From a virus: a stretch of DNA of 64,000 nt. This document shows positions 36,351-44,865 of this stretch, in pieces. Each line of letters opens with the position of its first letter. Position 1 is the first letter of the stretch. The notes under the pieces are model-generated. The model did not search any database and had not been told where the DNA came from. It saw nothing but the letters and a program-made list of their open reading frames with translations. Made by a program: the position numbers and the translations under genes. The DNA lies in the IMG/VR virus record IMGVR_UViG_3300027719_000004, positions 2,824-66,823 of that record; one strand, given 5' to 3'.

Positions 36351-36375
36351 CAACCAGACTTCCCAGAAGTATGTT
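36347..36375 (+). promoter_or_regulatory. Sigma70 promoter with a palindromic operator in its spacer
   Basis: TTGACA-17 nt-TATGTT; ACTTCccaGAAGT at 36358-36370. Confidence 0.65.
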
Positions 36376-36396
36376 TACACTATCCAAGGGGGAAGT

Positions 36397-36618
36397 ATGA
36401 GGAGTTTGCTGAGGAGATGGTTGGGCATCAAGGAGCATGATGACTTGGTAGAATCTGTCAGGGAGCTGATGTGCATGTGTGAGAAGCAGAACCATCATAT
36501 CAGGTTGATGCTGGAGAACGAGATTGTGCATGACGACCCTCTTGTTTTGAAGGTGGACCAGTTGAACAGGGATTTGAACAATATGATCAATTATGTGCGG
36601 GGGATACTGATCCGATGA
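36397..36618 (+). CDS. Hypothetical protein
   Basis: RBS GGGGG; first ORF after the promoter. Confidence 0.55.
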   Translation: MRSLLRRWLGIKEHDDLVESVRELMCMCEKQNHHIRLMLENEIVHDDPLVLKVDQLNRDLNNMINYVRGILIR

Positions 36619-36998
36619 ACCACAACGATAGCCAGTTTGAATATATCAACTTTATGAGAGTCCTGCGTGAGCAGCTTGAGAAGGCTTTTATTGAGTATAA
36701 GCTGTTCCTTGGGACTCTGGATTTGACCTTTAAGGAAGTAGACGACCGGTTAATAGCTGTGCCGGGGACTTATTACAAGGTCGTGGGCTTTGTCACCCAC
36801 AAGGATACCAAGAAGCAGGTCAGGTTTGAGAAGGAGTTCTTGGCAGATATTCTTCAGAAGACAGACCTTGACCAGATTTTGCCTATTGCCTTCGATATTT
36901 GTGATGACGTTGTTGATCACTTCTTCGGGATAGAGAATGAAGAGCCTCTTGAGCTGAAGGCCAAAGACGGTAGTCATGGAATTAAGGGTCTGAAGTGA
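36615..36998 (+). CDS. Hypothetical protein
   Basis: Coupled ORF. Confidence 0.6.
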   Translation: MNHNDSQFEYINFMRVLREQLEKAFIEYKLFLGTLDLTFKEVDDRLIAVPGTYYKVVGFVTHKDTKKQVRFEKEFLADILQKTDLDQILPIAFDICDDVVDHFFGIENEEPLELKAKDGSHGIKGLK

Positions 36999-37173
36999 TA
37001 GGCAGAGCGGCTGACAGTCCTGAGTATAGGGATAGCACCAACTCTACGGCTACTGGGCTGGCTACGATGGTCGAATGGCAATACACAGCAGCCAAGAAAT
37101 TAAGAGATCAGATCGACGCAGATATTATGACAGCACTTATGAAACCAGAGTTGAGTGTGTGGGGGATGAGGTA

Positions 37174-37344
37174 ATGGGTTTAAGAGCTAGGAAGGGCTCC
37201 TGTGAGGCTCGTCTGGCGGTTTTCTCTTTCAGGGTGAATGAGGAAGAGGAGGAGATGATCAGAGAGGCTGCAAAGGATCGTGAGAGTTTAAATGATTTTT
37301 TAAGAGAGGCGGTTGTTGAGTATGCAAGGGGCAGTAAGTGTTAG
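37174..37344 (+). CDS. Ribbon-helix-helix protein (DUF1778-like)
   Basis: FSFRVNEEEEEMIREAA....SLNDFLREAV; RBS GAGG. Confidence 0.65.
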   Translation: MGLRARKGSCEARLAVFSFRVNEEEEEMIREAAKDRESLNDFLREAVVEYARGSKC

Positions 37345-37643
37345 GCTGGCCAGCTGCTAATCCTGAGTTTAAGGGTGCGCACTCCCAGACTTACTATGAT
37401 GGCGACGCTCTCCACTTTGTTTCAAATAAGGCATCTTTAGCCTCAGCTACCAGCCAGTTGGTAGAAGCTATAGAGAGGGTGGAGGCCAATTTCGACAGTC
37501 CGCCCGAAGTCATAAGAGTAAGCAACACTGACTTTGTCAAATTGTCAGATGAATCACGTATGCCATTGGGGCTTGCCAGTTTCAGAAAAGCTACAAGCGG
37601 GTATGTGGGTAAATTTATGAATATAGATTTGGTGATCCAATGA
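37338..37643 (+). CDS. Hypothetical protein
   Basis: Operon ORF. Confidence 0.45.
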   Translation: MLGWPAANPEFKGAHSQTYYDGDALHFVSNKASLASATSQLVEAIERVEANFDSPPEVIRVSNTDFVKLSDESRMPLGLASFRKATSGYVGKFMNIDLVIQ

Positions 37644-37918
37644 AAGAATTAGTCGCGTTTGCTGAACTGGGGATGTTCGATATGCGGGACCGTGGGCTTA
37701 ATGCCTACCGAGAGACTATCCAGATGGACTTGATGCAGAAGATCAAGGAAGCCCTGTATGAAGACCTCCACAAGTTTGTAATGGTGGAGAGATTCACTGA
37801 TCCGTTGACAGGAGTGATGCACATAAAGGCTTCACTGCGTCTTCTTGAGCCGTCAGACGGACATAGGACGCAGTTTGCTTACACACCTTACGAAGATATG
37901 CAGATGAGGTTACGATGA
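37640..37918 (+). CDS. Hypothetical protein
   Basis: Coupled ORF. Confidence 0.55.
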   Translation: MKELVAFAELGMFDMRDRGLNAYRETIQMDLMQKIKEALYEDLHKFVMVERFTDPLTGVMHIKASLRLLEPSDGHRTQFAYTPYEDMQMRLR

Positions 37919-38361
37919 AATTGATTCTCCCTACCAGTATTACGTTCCCAAGAAAGACCAAGGCGGATAAGAGGTACATGCTTAATTTAAACGTGTACCG
38001 GAATCTAAATTACATCGTCAACAACCAGATGAAGGCGGCGTTCCAGCAGCTTGTTCTTGACCGGCTCTATGATGTGGCGTCTCTGCAGAATTGCCCAGAA
38101 GTCAGTCAGACGTGCCAGATACTGCCACTGATGGTAGGCAATCCCCCTTATCGTTTTACCTACACCCTATTCCAAGAGACAAGGCGCAAGACTGATGTGG
38201 CAAACGTGTGCTGTGTTGTCGATAAGTTCGCAGCAGACAGTTTGGTAACTTTGCGGCTGTTAGAGGACGACAACCATAACATCATCAAGGAAGTGGTGTA
38301 CCGCTACGGGGGTGTGGACACGGAAAATCCTAGAGTCGAATTAACTGTGGAGGCGATATGA
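37915..38361 (+). CDS. RusA-like Holliday junction resolvase
   Basis: D..N......K...D.L.....EDD and NPRVE motifs. Confidence 0.75.
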   Translation: MKLILPTSITFPRKTKADKRYMLNLNVYRNLNYIVNNQMKAAFQQLVLDRLYDVASLQNCPEVSQTCQILPLMVGNPPYRFTYTLFQETRRKTDVANVCCVVDKFAADSLVTLRLLEDDNHNIIKEVVYRYGGVDTENPRVELTVEAI

Positions 38362-38768
38362 AGAAGAGCGGGATGGTATGTAGTTTCTGTTTAAAGGACC
38401 GTGAAGAGGTGTTGTACCTGATTACCGGCAATGACGCTTATATCTGCGATGAGTGTACTGATCTGGCTGCAGATATTATCAAGGAGGAGCGGGCTATGCT
38501 TAAAGAGAAAAGGAACGTACCAACTACTAGCCTGAGCTTTAGCGCAGCCCTTAATATGCTAAAAGAGGGCCGTAAGGTATGTAGGGCCGGATGGAACGGA
38601 TACGGGATGTGGCTGGAGCTGGTGGCCTCAGACGAGGTATATATCCACAAGAACATCTTGGGGCCGCTATTGCCATGGATCGGGATGAAAACTGCTGATG
38701 GTGGATTTGTGCCTTGGCTTGCTTCACAGACCGATATGCTGTCCGAAGATTGGTGCGTGACTCATTAG
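38358..38768 (+). CDS. Fusion of ClpX-type C4 zinc finger and DUF2829 (Tad2-like) domain
   Basis: CSFC.......LITG...ICDEC, then F..AL..LK.G.KV.R.GWNG..MW and VPWLASQTDML.EDW. Confidence 0.8.
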   Translation: MKKSGMVCSFCLKDREEVLYLITGNDAYICDECTDLAADIIKEERAMLKEKRNVPTTSLSFSAALNMLKEGRKVCRAGWNGYGMWLELVASDEVYIHKNILGPLLPWIGMKTADGGFVPWLASQTDMLSEDWCVTH

Positions 38769-38778
38769 AATTTGAAGT

Positions 38779-38857
38779 TGGGTGGAGCAACCCCCTCATG
38801 GGGATGGACTCGGACCGGCGTGCCGCCGACGGCAGACAGGTGAGATTCCTGCACCCA
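38779..38857 (+). ncRNA. tRNA-like cloverleaf element (not a canonical tRNA)
   Basis: TGGGTG/CACCCA closing stem, two hairpins, T-arm-like CAGG-TGAGATT-CCTG. Confidence 0.4.
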
Positions 38858-38878
38858 TATAAAATCAAAGGAGGCAAC

Positions 38879-39106
38879 GTGACATCATGTCCATATTGCG
38901 AGGCCCATTTTATTCTGCCTTCAGCCTTAGCGTACCACGTCAGGGTAATGCACCCTACCAAGACAGAGGAGTTCTTCAGTGCGAAAGAAAGTGATCAAGG
39001 AAATACCGGCCAAAGAGGCAGTAGTTGTAACGGCTATAGCGGAGGGTGTTTCACCGGAGATGGCCGTCCAGCAAGCCGGATACACCATGCCGGAAGCGGC
39101 TGCTAA
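38879..39106 (+). CDS. Small protein with a classical C2H2 zinc finger
   Basis: RBS GGAGG + GTG; CPYC...F.....L..H....H. Confidence 0.6.
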   Translation: MTSCPYCEAHFILPSALAYHVRVMHPTKTEEFFSAKESDQGNTGQRGSSCNGYSGGCFTGDGRPASRIHHAGSGC

Positions 39107-39404
39107 AGTATTTGGCAAGCATCTCTGGAAGAAAAACGTAGACGGCAACGTGGCTATGATGAATGCGTTGGAGGAAGTAGGCGTATCACCCACCACCATT
39201 GCCCAGAAATTGAAGGACAAACTTGACGCCACCAACACCATATCTGTCGGCAAAGGTCAGCTTCTTGATGTAGAAGACCATGCTATCCAGCTCAAGGCCG
39301 CAGACATGATCATGAAGACCGTTGGTGGCTATTCAGCCAAGAAGACAGAGCACGTAGAGCTTAAATTTGAAGACATACTGATCCATATAGAGGGATTAGA
39401 GTAA
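38979..39404 (+). CDS. Terminase small subunit (putative)
   Basis: A..QAGY motif, position upstream of TerL. Confidence 0.6.
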   Translation: MRKKVIKEIPAKEAVVVTAIAEGVSPEMAVQQAGYTMPEAAAKVFGKHLWKKNVDGNVAMMNALEEVGVSPTTIAQKLKDKLDATNTISVGKGQLLDVEDHAIQLKAADMIMKTVGGYSAKKTEHVELKFEDILIHIEGLE

Positions 39405-39570
39405 CAGTCGCCCTACCCCACCTCCTTGCCTGCACGGTGACTGCCAGTAAGGGTAGGGCTCTTTCGTCTGACTGGCAGAAGCATCCAAAGGGGCGGGGCC
39501 TGTGTCGGTTCGCTACCTGCATTCAAGGCCCCATTTTTCTACAACGTCGTGATGACGTTACGGAGCACGC

Positions 39571-41316
39571 ATGACGCAGGAACAGAAAGACAAAATTATA
39601 GCACTTGTGAAGCGGTGTAAAGCCGACTTCCTCTTTTTAGCCAAGCACTTCCTCAAGGTAGAGGCCCGTGTAGGCGGCAAATTGATCCCATTTGAGATGA
39701 ATGGGCCTCAAAAAGTGCTTCATGTCATCGTTGAGAAGCATATAAAGCCCAATCGGCCCGTGCGTATTGTAGCCCTAAAAGCTCGTCGTATGGGCTTTTC
39801 AACGTACTTTTCTGCCCGTTTTTTCTGGAAATCAGCCTTTTATCGCAACAGAAAAGCTGCCCAGATCACCCACGAACCGGAAGCAACAGACACCCTCTTT
39901 AAGATGGTCAAGAGAATGTATGACCACTTACCAAAGTGGATGCAGCCTGAGCAAAAATACAACAACAAGGCCCTGCTTGAGTTCAACAACAAAGAAGGTA
40001 ACGGCCTCAACAGCGGGTTCAGGGTGGCCACAGCCGGTAAATCAGACTTCGGCTCAGGCCAATCTATCCACTTTCTTCACCTTTCAGAGCTATCCAAGTG
40101 GGCCGCAGAAACAACATCGTCCCTCCTTACCTCGGTAGAACAAACAGTCCCCTTTGATGACCCAGAAGCCGAGCTTGTCATAGAGTCAACCGCCAAAGGT
40201 ATGGGCGGGGCGTTCTATAGTCGTTTCTATGGTGCCAGATACCGCATCTGGGTCAAGAGGCTGAAGGAAGGCAAGCCTGTTTTGGAGACTTCTATCAACA
40301 CGTCTGCAGAAGAGGACAACCAGTTTACCTCCATATTCCTGCCGTGGTTCGTGTTTGAAGATTACATCATGCCGGTGCCCAAAACCTTCTCCAAGACACA
40401 AGAAGAAGTTGAAATGGCTACCAGATTCGGGCTTTCAGACGAGCAGCTGGTCTGGAGACGCTTTGCTATTGCCAACTTGTGCGACGGAGACATCGACAAA
40501 TTCAATCAGGAATATCCAGATTGCCCAGAAGTGGCTTTCCTCACATCAGGCAGGCCGGTATTCGACAACGTCAAGATCGCCGCTTACAAAGACGCAGCTC
40601 CCAAGCCGATAGCTCGGTATGAATTTGAAATTAACCCAGAAGGTGGTAGTGGCTTTGGCAAAACAACAACCGGAAGGCTTGCGGTATGGGAAGAACCTGA
40701 CGCCACAAAAGCCTACATAATAGGGGCTGACGTGGCAGAAGGTCTTGAGAAGGGCGACTTTTCATGCGCCTACGTCATAGACCACCGAACTGGGGAGATG
40801 GTAGCAGAGTGGCACGGAAAGTGTGACCCAGATCATCTAGCAAAAGTGCTCTACGCCCTTGGCATGCGCTACAACACAGCCATTCTGGCCCCAGAGCGTA
40901 ACAACCATGGCTACACCGTCATATCGTGGCTCCAAAACGTCCTACTGTATCCTCCAAACAAGATCTATGTCGAGATGGTCCATGATCCCCCAGCCAAACC
41001 ATACAAGCGTTACGGGTGGGTGACCACCACAACCAGTCGGCCAATCGTACTCGACAACCTGATTAGGGAAGCCAGAGACGGCATCCACGGGATCAAGAGC
41101 GCAGCTCTGTTTGAGGAGATGCTCTCCTTCAAGATTCAGAAGAACGGAAAGATGGAGGCTGATGCAGATATGCACGATGACCGTGTTATGGCCTATGCCA
41201 TTGCTAAATATGTAAAGCACACCATCCCGCTCAGAATAAGGCAACAACGGATGAAATCCACCGTATCCACTGGGTCTATTCGTGGTAGCAGCGCAGGATG
41301 GAGAGCCTTTGTTTAG
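39571..41316 (+). CDS. terL: Terminase large subunit
   Basis: LKARRMGFST, LHLSE, ESTAKG, QEYP, IGADVAEG, ERNNHG, HDDRVMA. Confidence 0.95.
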   Translation: MTQEQKDKIIALVKRCKADFLFLAKHFLKVEARVGGKLIPFEMNGPQKVLHVIVEKHIKPNRPVRIVALKARRMGFSTYFSARFFWKSAFYRNRKAAQITHEPEATDTLFKMVKRMYDHLPKWMQPEQKYNNKALLEFNNKEGNGLNSGFRVATAGKSDFGSGQSIHFLHLSELSKWAAETTSSLLTSVEQTVPFDDPEAELVIESTAKGMGGAFYSRFYGARYRIWVKRLKEGKPVLETSINTSAEEDNQFTSIFLPWFVFEDYIMPVPKTFSKTQEEVEMATRFGLSDEQLVWRRFAIANLCDGDIDKFNQEYPDCPEVAFLTSGRPVFDNVKIAAYKDAAPKPIARYEFEINPEGGSGFGKTTTGRLAVWEEPDATKAYIIGADVAEGLEKGDFSCAYVIDHRTGEMVAEWHGKCDPDHLAKVLYALGMRYNTAILAPERNNHGYTVISWLQNVLLYPPNKIYVEMVHDPPAKPYKRYGWVTTTTSRPIVLDNLIREARDGIHGIKSAALFEEMLSFKIQKNGKMEADADMHDDRVMAYAIAKYVKHTIPLRIRQQRMKSTVSTGSIRGSSAGWRAFV

Positions 41317-41396
41317 CCGTACAACACAGGTGTTTGTTTTTTATTGACTTCTTGGTTGCATAGTTCGTAATATGAACGCATCTTACTGTCAACAGG

Positions 41397-43550
41397 TTGG
41401 CTATGGAACTACCGCTGAGACAAAATGATGGTACGCTTGCACTGGGAATGGTGCCGTTTAAGCCTGCAGCGGTTATGCAGGCCGAGGAACTTGCTGCCCA
41501 AAAAGCGCAACAGGATTCTCAGCAACGACGGATGGTGTCTGACTCCCTGTCAAGTTACATAGAGACCTGTTGGAGTGACGCCAAAGAAGCTAAGCTGACA
41601 GTGGAAGCCCAGCTAATGAAGAACCAGCGTCAGCGCTCAGGCATCTACGAGCAGGACCAGCTGGCCGCCATCGCCGCAATGGGCGGTTCAGACGTTTATG
41701 TCCTTCTTACCGCCACCAAGTGCAGGGCCGCAGTGGCGTGGCTCAATAGCTTGATGCGCCCCTCCAACGATCACCCATGGGACTTAGAGCCCACCCCTAT
41801 CTCAGATCTCCCCGGTAATATCCTTGAGCGCATACAGACAGAGGCCGAAGCCGTAGGCACAGAAGCCGTTGAGCAGGTCATGCAGGTAGCAGGCATGATT
41901 GACGAAGATCTTCTGACTGCAGAGCTGGCTGAGTTCATGGAAAAGCGCAAAGACGCCCTCATGAAGGAAATTCAGGAAGAGGCTGAACTGGGCGCAGACC
42001 GCATGTCGCTGTTAATAGCCGACCAGATGGCTGAGGGCGGATACCATGAAGCGTTCTGGCAGTCGGTAGACGACCTTGTCACCTATAAGGCGGGCATCCT
42101 GAAGGGGCCGGTAATCCGTCGCCGCAAGAATAAGCAGTGGAAGCAGGAAATGGACGGGAAGTGGAAAGTCGTTGTTGAGGACAAGTTTGTACCAGAGTTC
42201 TCCCGTGTTTCGCCTTTTGATCTCTACCCTGCCCCATCCTCACGCAACCCAGATGACGGCTACCTGATCGAGCGCCACAAGCTGACCCGCTCAGAGCTGC
42301 AGGCAATGATTGGGGTCCCCGGCTATTCCGAAGAGAACATTAGACAGGTGCTGAAAGATTACGGGACCGGACTCTCCAATCTGTTGTCCATTGATGCAGA
42401 GCGTGCCCCCATCGAGTTCTCCGGAAGTTCAAACTTGTATAAGCAGGCCGGAGACAAGATAGAAGCCCTAGAGTTCTGGGGTTCTGTCCAAGGCTCAATG
42501 CTGGCAGAATGGGGCATGAAAGGCGACATAGACCCGTTGATTGATTACGAAGTCAACGCGTGGAAGGTAGGCAACTACGTCATCAGGGCCATTATTAACC
42601 CTGACCAGCTTGGCAAAAAGCCCTACAGCGTTGATAGCTGGGAGCGTGTTCCCGGCAGCTTCTGGGGAAGAGGCGTCCCTGAGCTTATGAGTGATGTCCA
42701 GAATGTCTGTAACTCACTTGCCCGCTCCATCGTAAACAACGCAGGTATCGCTTCTGGTCCACAAGTTGAGGTTAACACTGATCGGTGCGACGAAGACGAG
42801 AACATCCACCCATGGAAGATCTGGCCCACCACCAACGGGCAGATGAATGATGCTCCAGCGGTCAGGTTCACAACTCCTCCTTGTATTGTAGAGCCCCTGC
42901 TTAGGGTGTTTGACCATTTCAGCACACAGGCTGAAGACCAGACCGGCATTCCCCGCTGGGCAAACGGAAGATCTAACCCCGGAGACGCAAGCTCAACCGC
43001 ATCAGGTCTGCAGGCCCTTATGGACAATGCCAGCCGTGGCGTCCAAGAAGTCGTATCCCATATAGACACCATGGTCAGCTCCCTTCTCCGTCGCCTGTAT
43101 GACTACAACATGGCCTACAGCGATGACGAATCAATCAAGCGTGATTGCAAGATCGTTGTCCGTGGCTCAAGCGCACTGCTTCAGAAGAACCAGCGTCAGC
43201 AGCAACTCACCCAGCTTCTGGCCCAGACTAACAACCCGACTGACATGCAGATCATCGGCATCGAAGGTAGAGCCAAGCTACTGTCAGAATCCATCAACGC
43301 CACAGAAATACGGGCTAAAGACGTCGTGCCCCTAAAGGACGAACTGAAAGAGCTGGTGGCCAAGATAGAAAAACAACAGGCAGATCTGATGGCCCAAGGC
43401 CAAAACCCCGGACAAGGCAAAGGTGTGGCCCCCCAAGCGGGCCAGCCAAGCCTAGACCCCCACGGTGATCCAGCCGGAGGCGAGGCTGCCAACATGTTCC
43501 AGAATCAGGAAGGGGTGTCCAACAACCAGAATCCGGTGAGCCCTGAATGA
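41397..43550 (+). CDS. Portal protein
   Basis: 717 aa after TerL; RVSPFD.YP.P, FWG.GV, ASTASGL..LM; Q/G-rich tail. Confidence 0.85.
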   Translation: MAMELPLRQNDGTLALGMVPFKPAAVMQAEELAAQKAQQDSQQRRMVSDSLSSYIETCWSDAKEAKLTVEAQLMKNQRQRSGIYEQDQLAAIAAMGGSDVYVLLTATKCRAAVAWLNSLMRPSNDHPWDLEPTPISDLPGNILERIQTEAEAVGTEAVEQVMQVAGMIDEDLLTAELAEFMEKRKDALMKEIQEEAELGADRMSLLIADQMAEGGYHEAFWQSVDDLVTYKAGILKGPVIRRRKNKQWKQEMDGKWKVVVEDKFVPEFSRVSPFDLYPAPSSRNPDDGYLIERHKLTRSELQAMIGVPGYSEENIRQVLKDYGTGLSNLLSIDAERAPIEFSGSSNLYKQAGDKIEALEFWGSVQGSMLAEWGMKGDIDPLIDYEVNAWKVGNYVIRAIINPDQLGKKPYSVDSWERVPGSFWGRGVPELMSDVQNVCNSLARSIVNNAGIASGPQVEVNTDRCDEDENIHPWKIWPTTNGQMNDAPAVRFTTPPCIVEPLLRVFDHFSTQAEDQTGIPRWANGRSNPGDASSTASGLQALMDNASRGVQEVVSHIDTMVSSLLRRLYDYNMAYSDDESIKRDCKIVVRGSSALLQKNQRQQQLTQLLAQTNNPTDMQIIGIEGRAKLLSESINATEIRAKDVVPLKDELKELVAKIEKQQADLMAQGQNPGQGKGVAPQAGQPSLDPHGDPAGGEAANMFQNQEGVSNNQNPVSPE

Positions 43551-43807
43551 TCACAGATTTATCACCAGAAGAAACTGTCGGGTTACTCAAGCAGTTACGG
43601 CAGATGAAGGACACGTTCTTTGATAAGCATTTGCAGTTGTTGTTGAACAAGACAGACCAAGAATTGCGTCATTGCGGTCACGATGAATTTCTCAGGCGTC
43701 AGGGGCGGGCACAGCTCCTAGAAGAACTGATGGGTATCATCGCAGGGGCACGATCAGAGATAGACCGGATTGAGCGCCCCAAGCCAAACATGAGCAAGTC
43801 ATTTTAG
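43547..43807 (+). CDS. Small conserved head-module protein
   Basis: R.QGRAQ.L..L motif after the portal. Confidence 0.6.
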   Translation: MITDLSPEETVGLLKQLRQMKDTFFDKHLQLLLNKTDQELRHCGHDEFLRRQGRAQLLEELMGIIAGARSEIDRIERPKPNMSKSF

Positions 43808-43854
43808 CCTAGCCATAGAGCAGGCAATCACACGGCCTAGCCATAGAGCAGGCA
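43807..43854 (+). repeat. Tandem 20-bp direct repeat GCCTAGCCATAGAGCAGGCA, each copy a hairpin
   Basis: Copies at 43807-43826 and 43835-43854, just upstream of the scaffold RBS. Confidence 0.85.
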
Positions 43855-43869
43855 CAGAAGGAGTAGGAC

Positions 43870-44784
43870 ATGGCGGTATTATCACCTATAGAGCGGGCAG
43901 AGCAGGAACTGGCAGCAATGCAGTCGGCAATGACAGCCGAACCGGATGGCCAGCAGCAAGATCCCAGCCAAGGTGCAGAGCAGGTCGTAGACGACCAGCG
44001 GCAACCAGAGTCTTTACCGCAACAAGTGGATAATAAGGACGATTACTACCACCGCTGGAAGAGTTTGGACGGCATGCTCAGGAAGAAGGACGAGCAGATA
44101 AATGAGTTGATGGCCCAGAACAGGGAGCTGTTCGACAGGATGAATGTGTTGGTCTCTCAGGTAGCGCAGCCTCAGACCCAGCAGCCTGAATCCCCTGACG
44201 TCATCGGCCAGTTATCTGACGAGTATGGCTCAGACACTGTAGATATTGTGCAACGCATCCTTGATGCAAAGTACGGGCAGAAAGTGTCTCAGTTAGAGTC
44301 GAGAATCAGCGAGTTAACCGGCATGGCAGATAGCGTGAAGGAAATAGCAGCTGATCAGGCCAATACCCGCTCGGATACCTTCCAAGCAGAATTAAAAGCT
44401 CATGTGGGTGATTGGCGGTCCATGATGGAGCGACCTGAATGGGACAGCTTCTTGGAGTCCAATTCAGAAGAACTGAGTGGTAAAAGCTACTCAACCATCT
44501 TTCAGGAAGCCAACGCAACCTACAACATGAACTCTATGGTGGCGCTGTTTAACCGGTTCAAGGCGGCACACATGCAGAAGCAGGCTGACCCAAGGGAGCA
44601 TCTAGTTACACCCGGAGGATCAGGAGTCGGCACCCCAGCATCGTCCCAGCCTAAAATGTGGCGGGAATCAGATGTAGCCGAAGCGTTTGATCGCAACCGT
44701 CGTGGACTCTATACCCCTGATCAGTGGGCTGCCATAGATGCTGATATTATGGCTGCATATTCAGAAGGGCGGATTTCCGCATAA
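43870..44784 (+). CDS. Capsid scaffolding protein
   Basis: Acidic coiled coil, RWKSLDGM, C-terminal I.AA..EGRI; directly before the MCP. Confidence 0.75.
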   Translation: MAVLSPIERAEQELAAMQSAMTAEPDGQQQDPSQGAEQVVDDQRQPESLPQQVDNKDDYYHRWKSLDGMLRKKDEQINELMAQNRELFDRMNVLVSQVAQPQTQQPESPDVIGQLSDEYGSDTVDIVQRILDAKYGQKVSQLESRISELTGMADSVKEIAADQANTRSDTFQAELKAHVGDWRSMMERPEWDSFLESNSEELSGKSYSTIFQEANATYNMNSMVALFNRFKAAHMQKQADPREHLVTPGGSGVGTPASSQPKMWRESDVAEAFDRNRRGLYTPDQWAAIDADIMAAYSEGRISA

Positions 44785-44865
44785 TCAAAAGAAACACAAG
44801 CACTGTCGTGAGATAGAGCGTTTCTATAACCATTACGTCGTGATGACGTAGAGAGGATATTACCA

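Noticed and set aside
39405-39460. HDV-like (theta) ribozyme
   Set aside because: Nested P1/P2 pairing is possible but no P3/L3, P1.1 or catalytic J4/2 pattern fits
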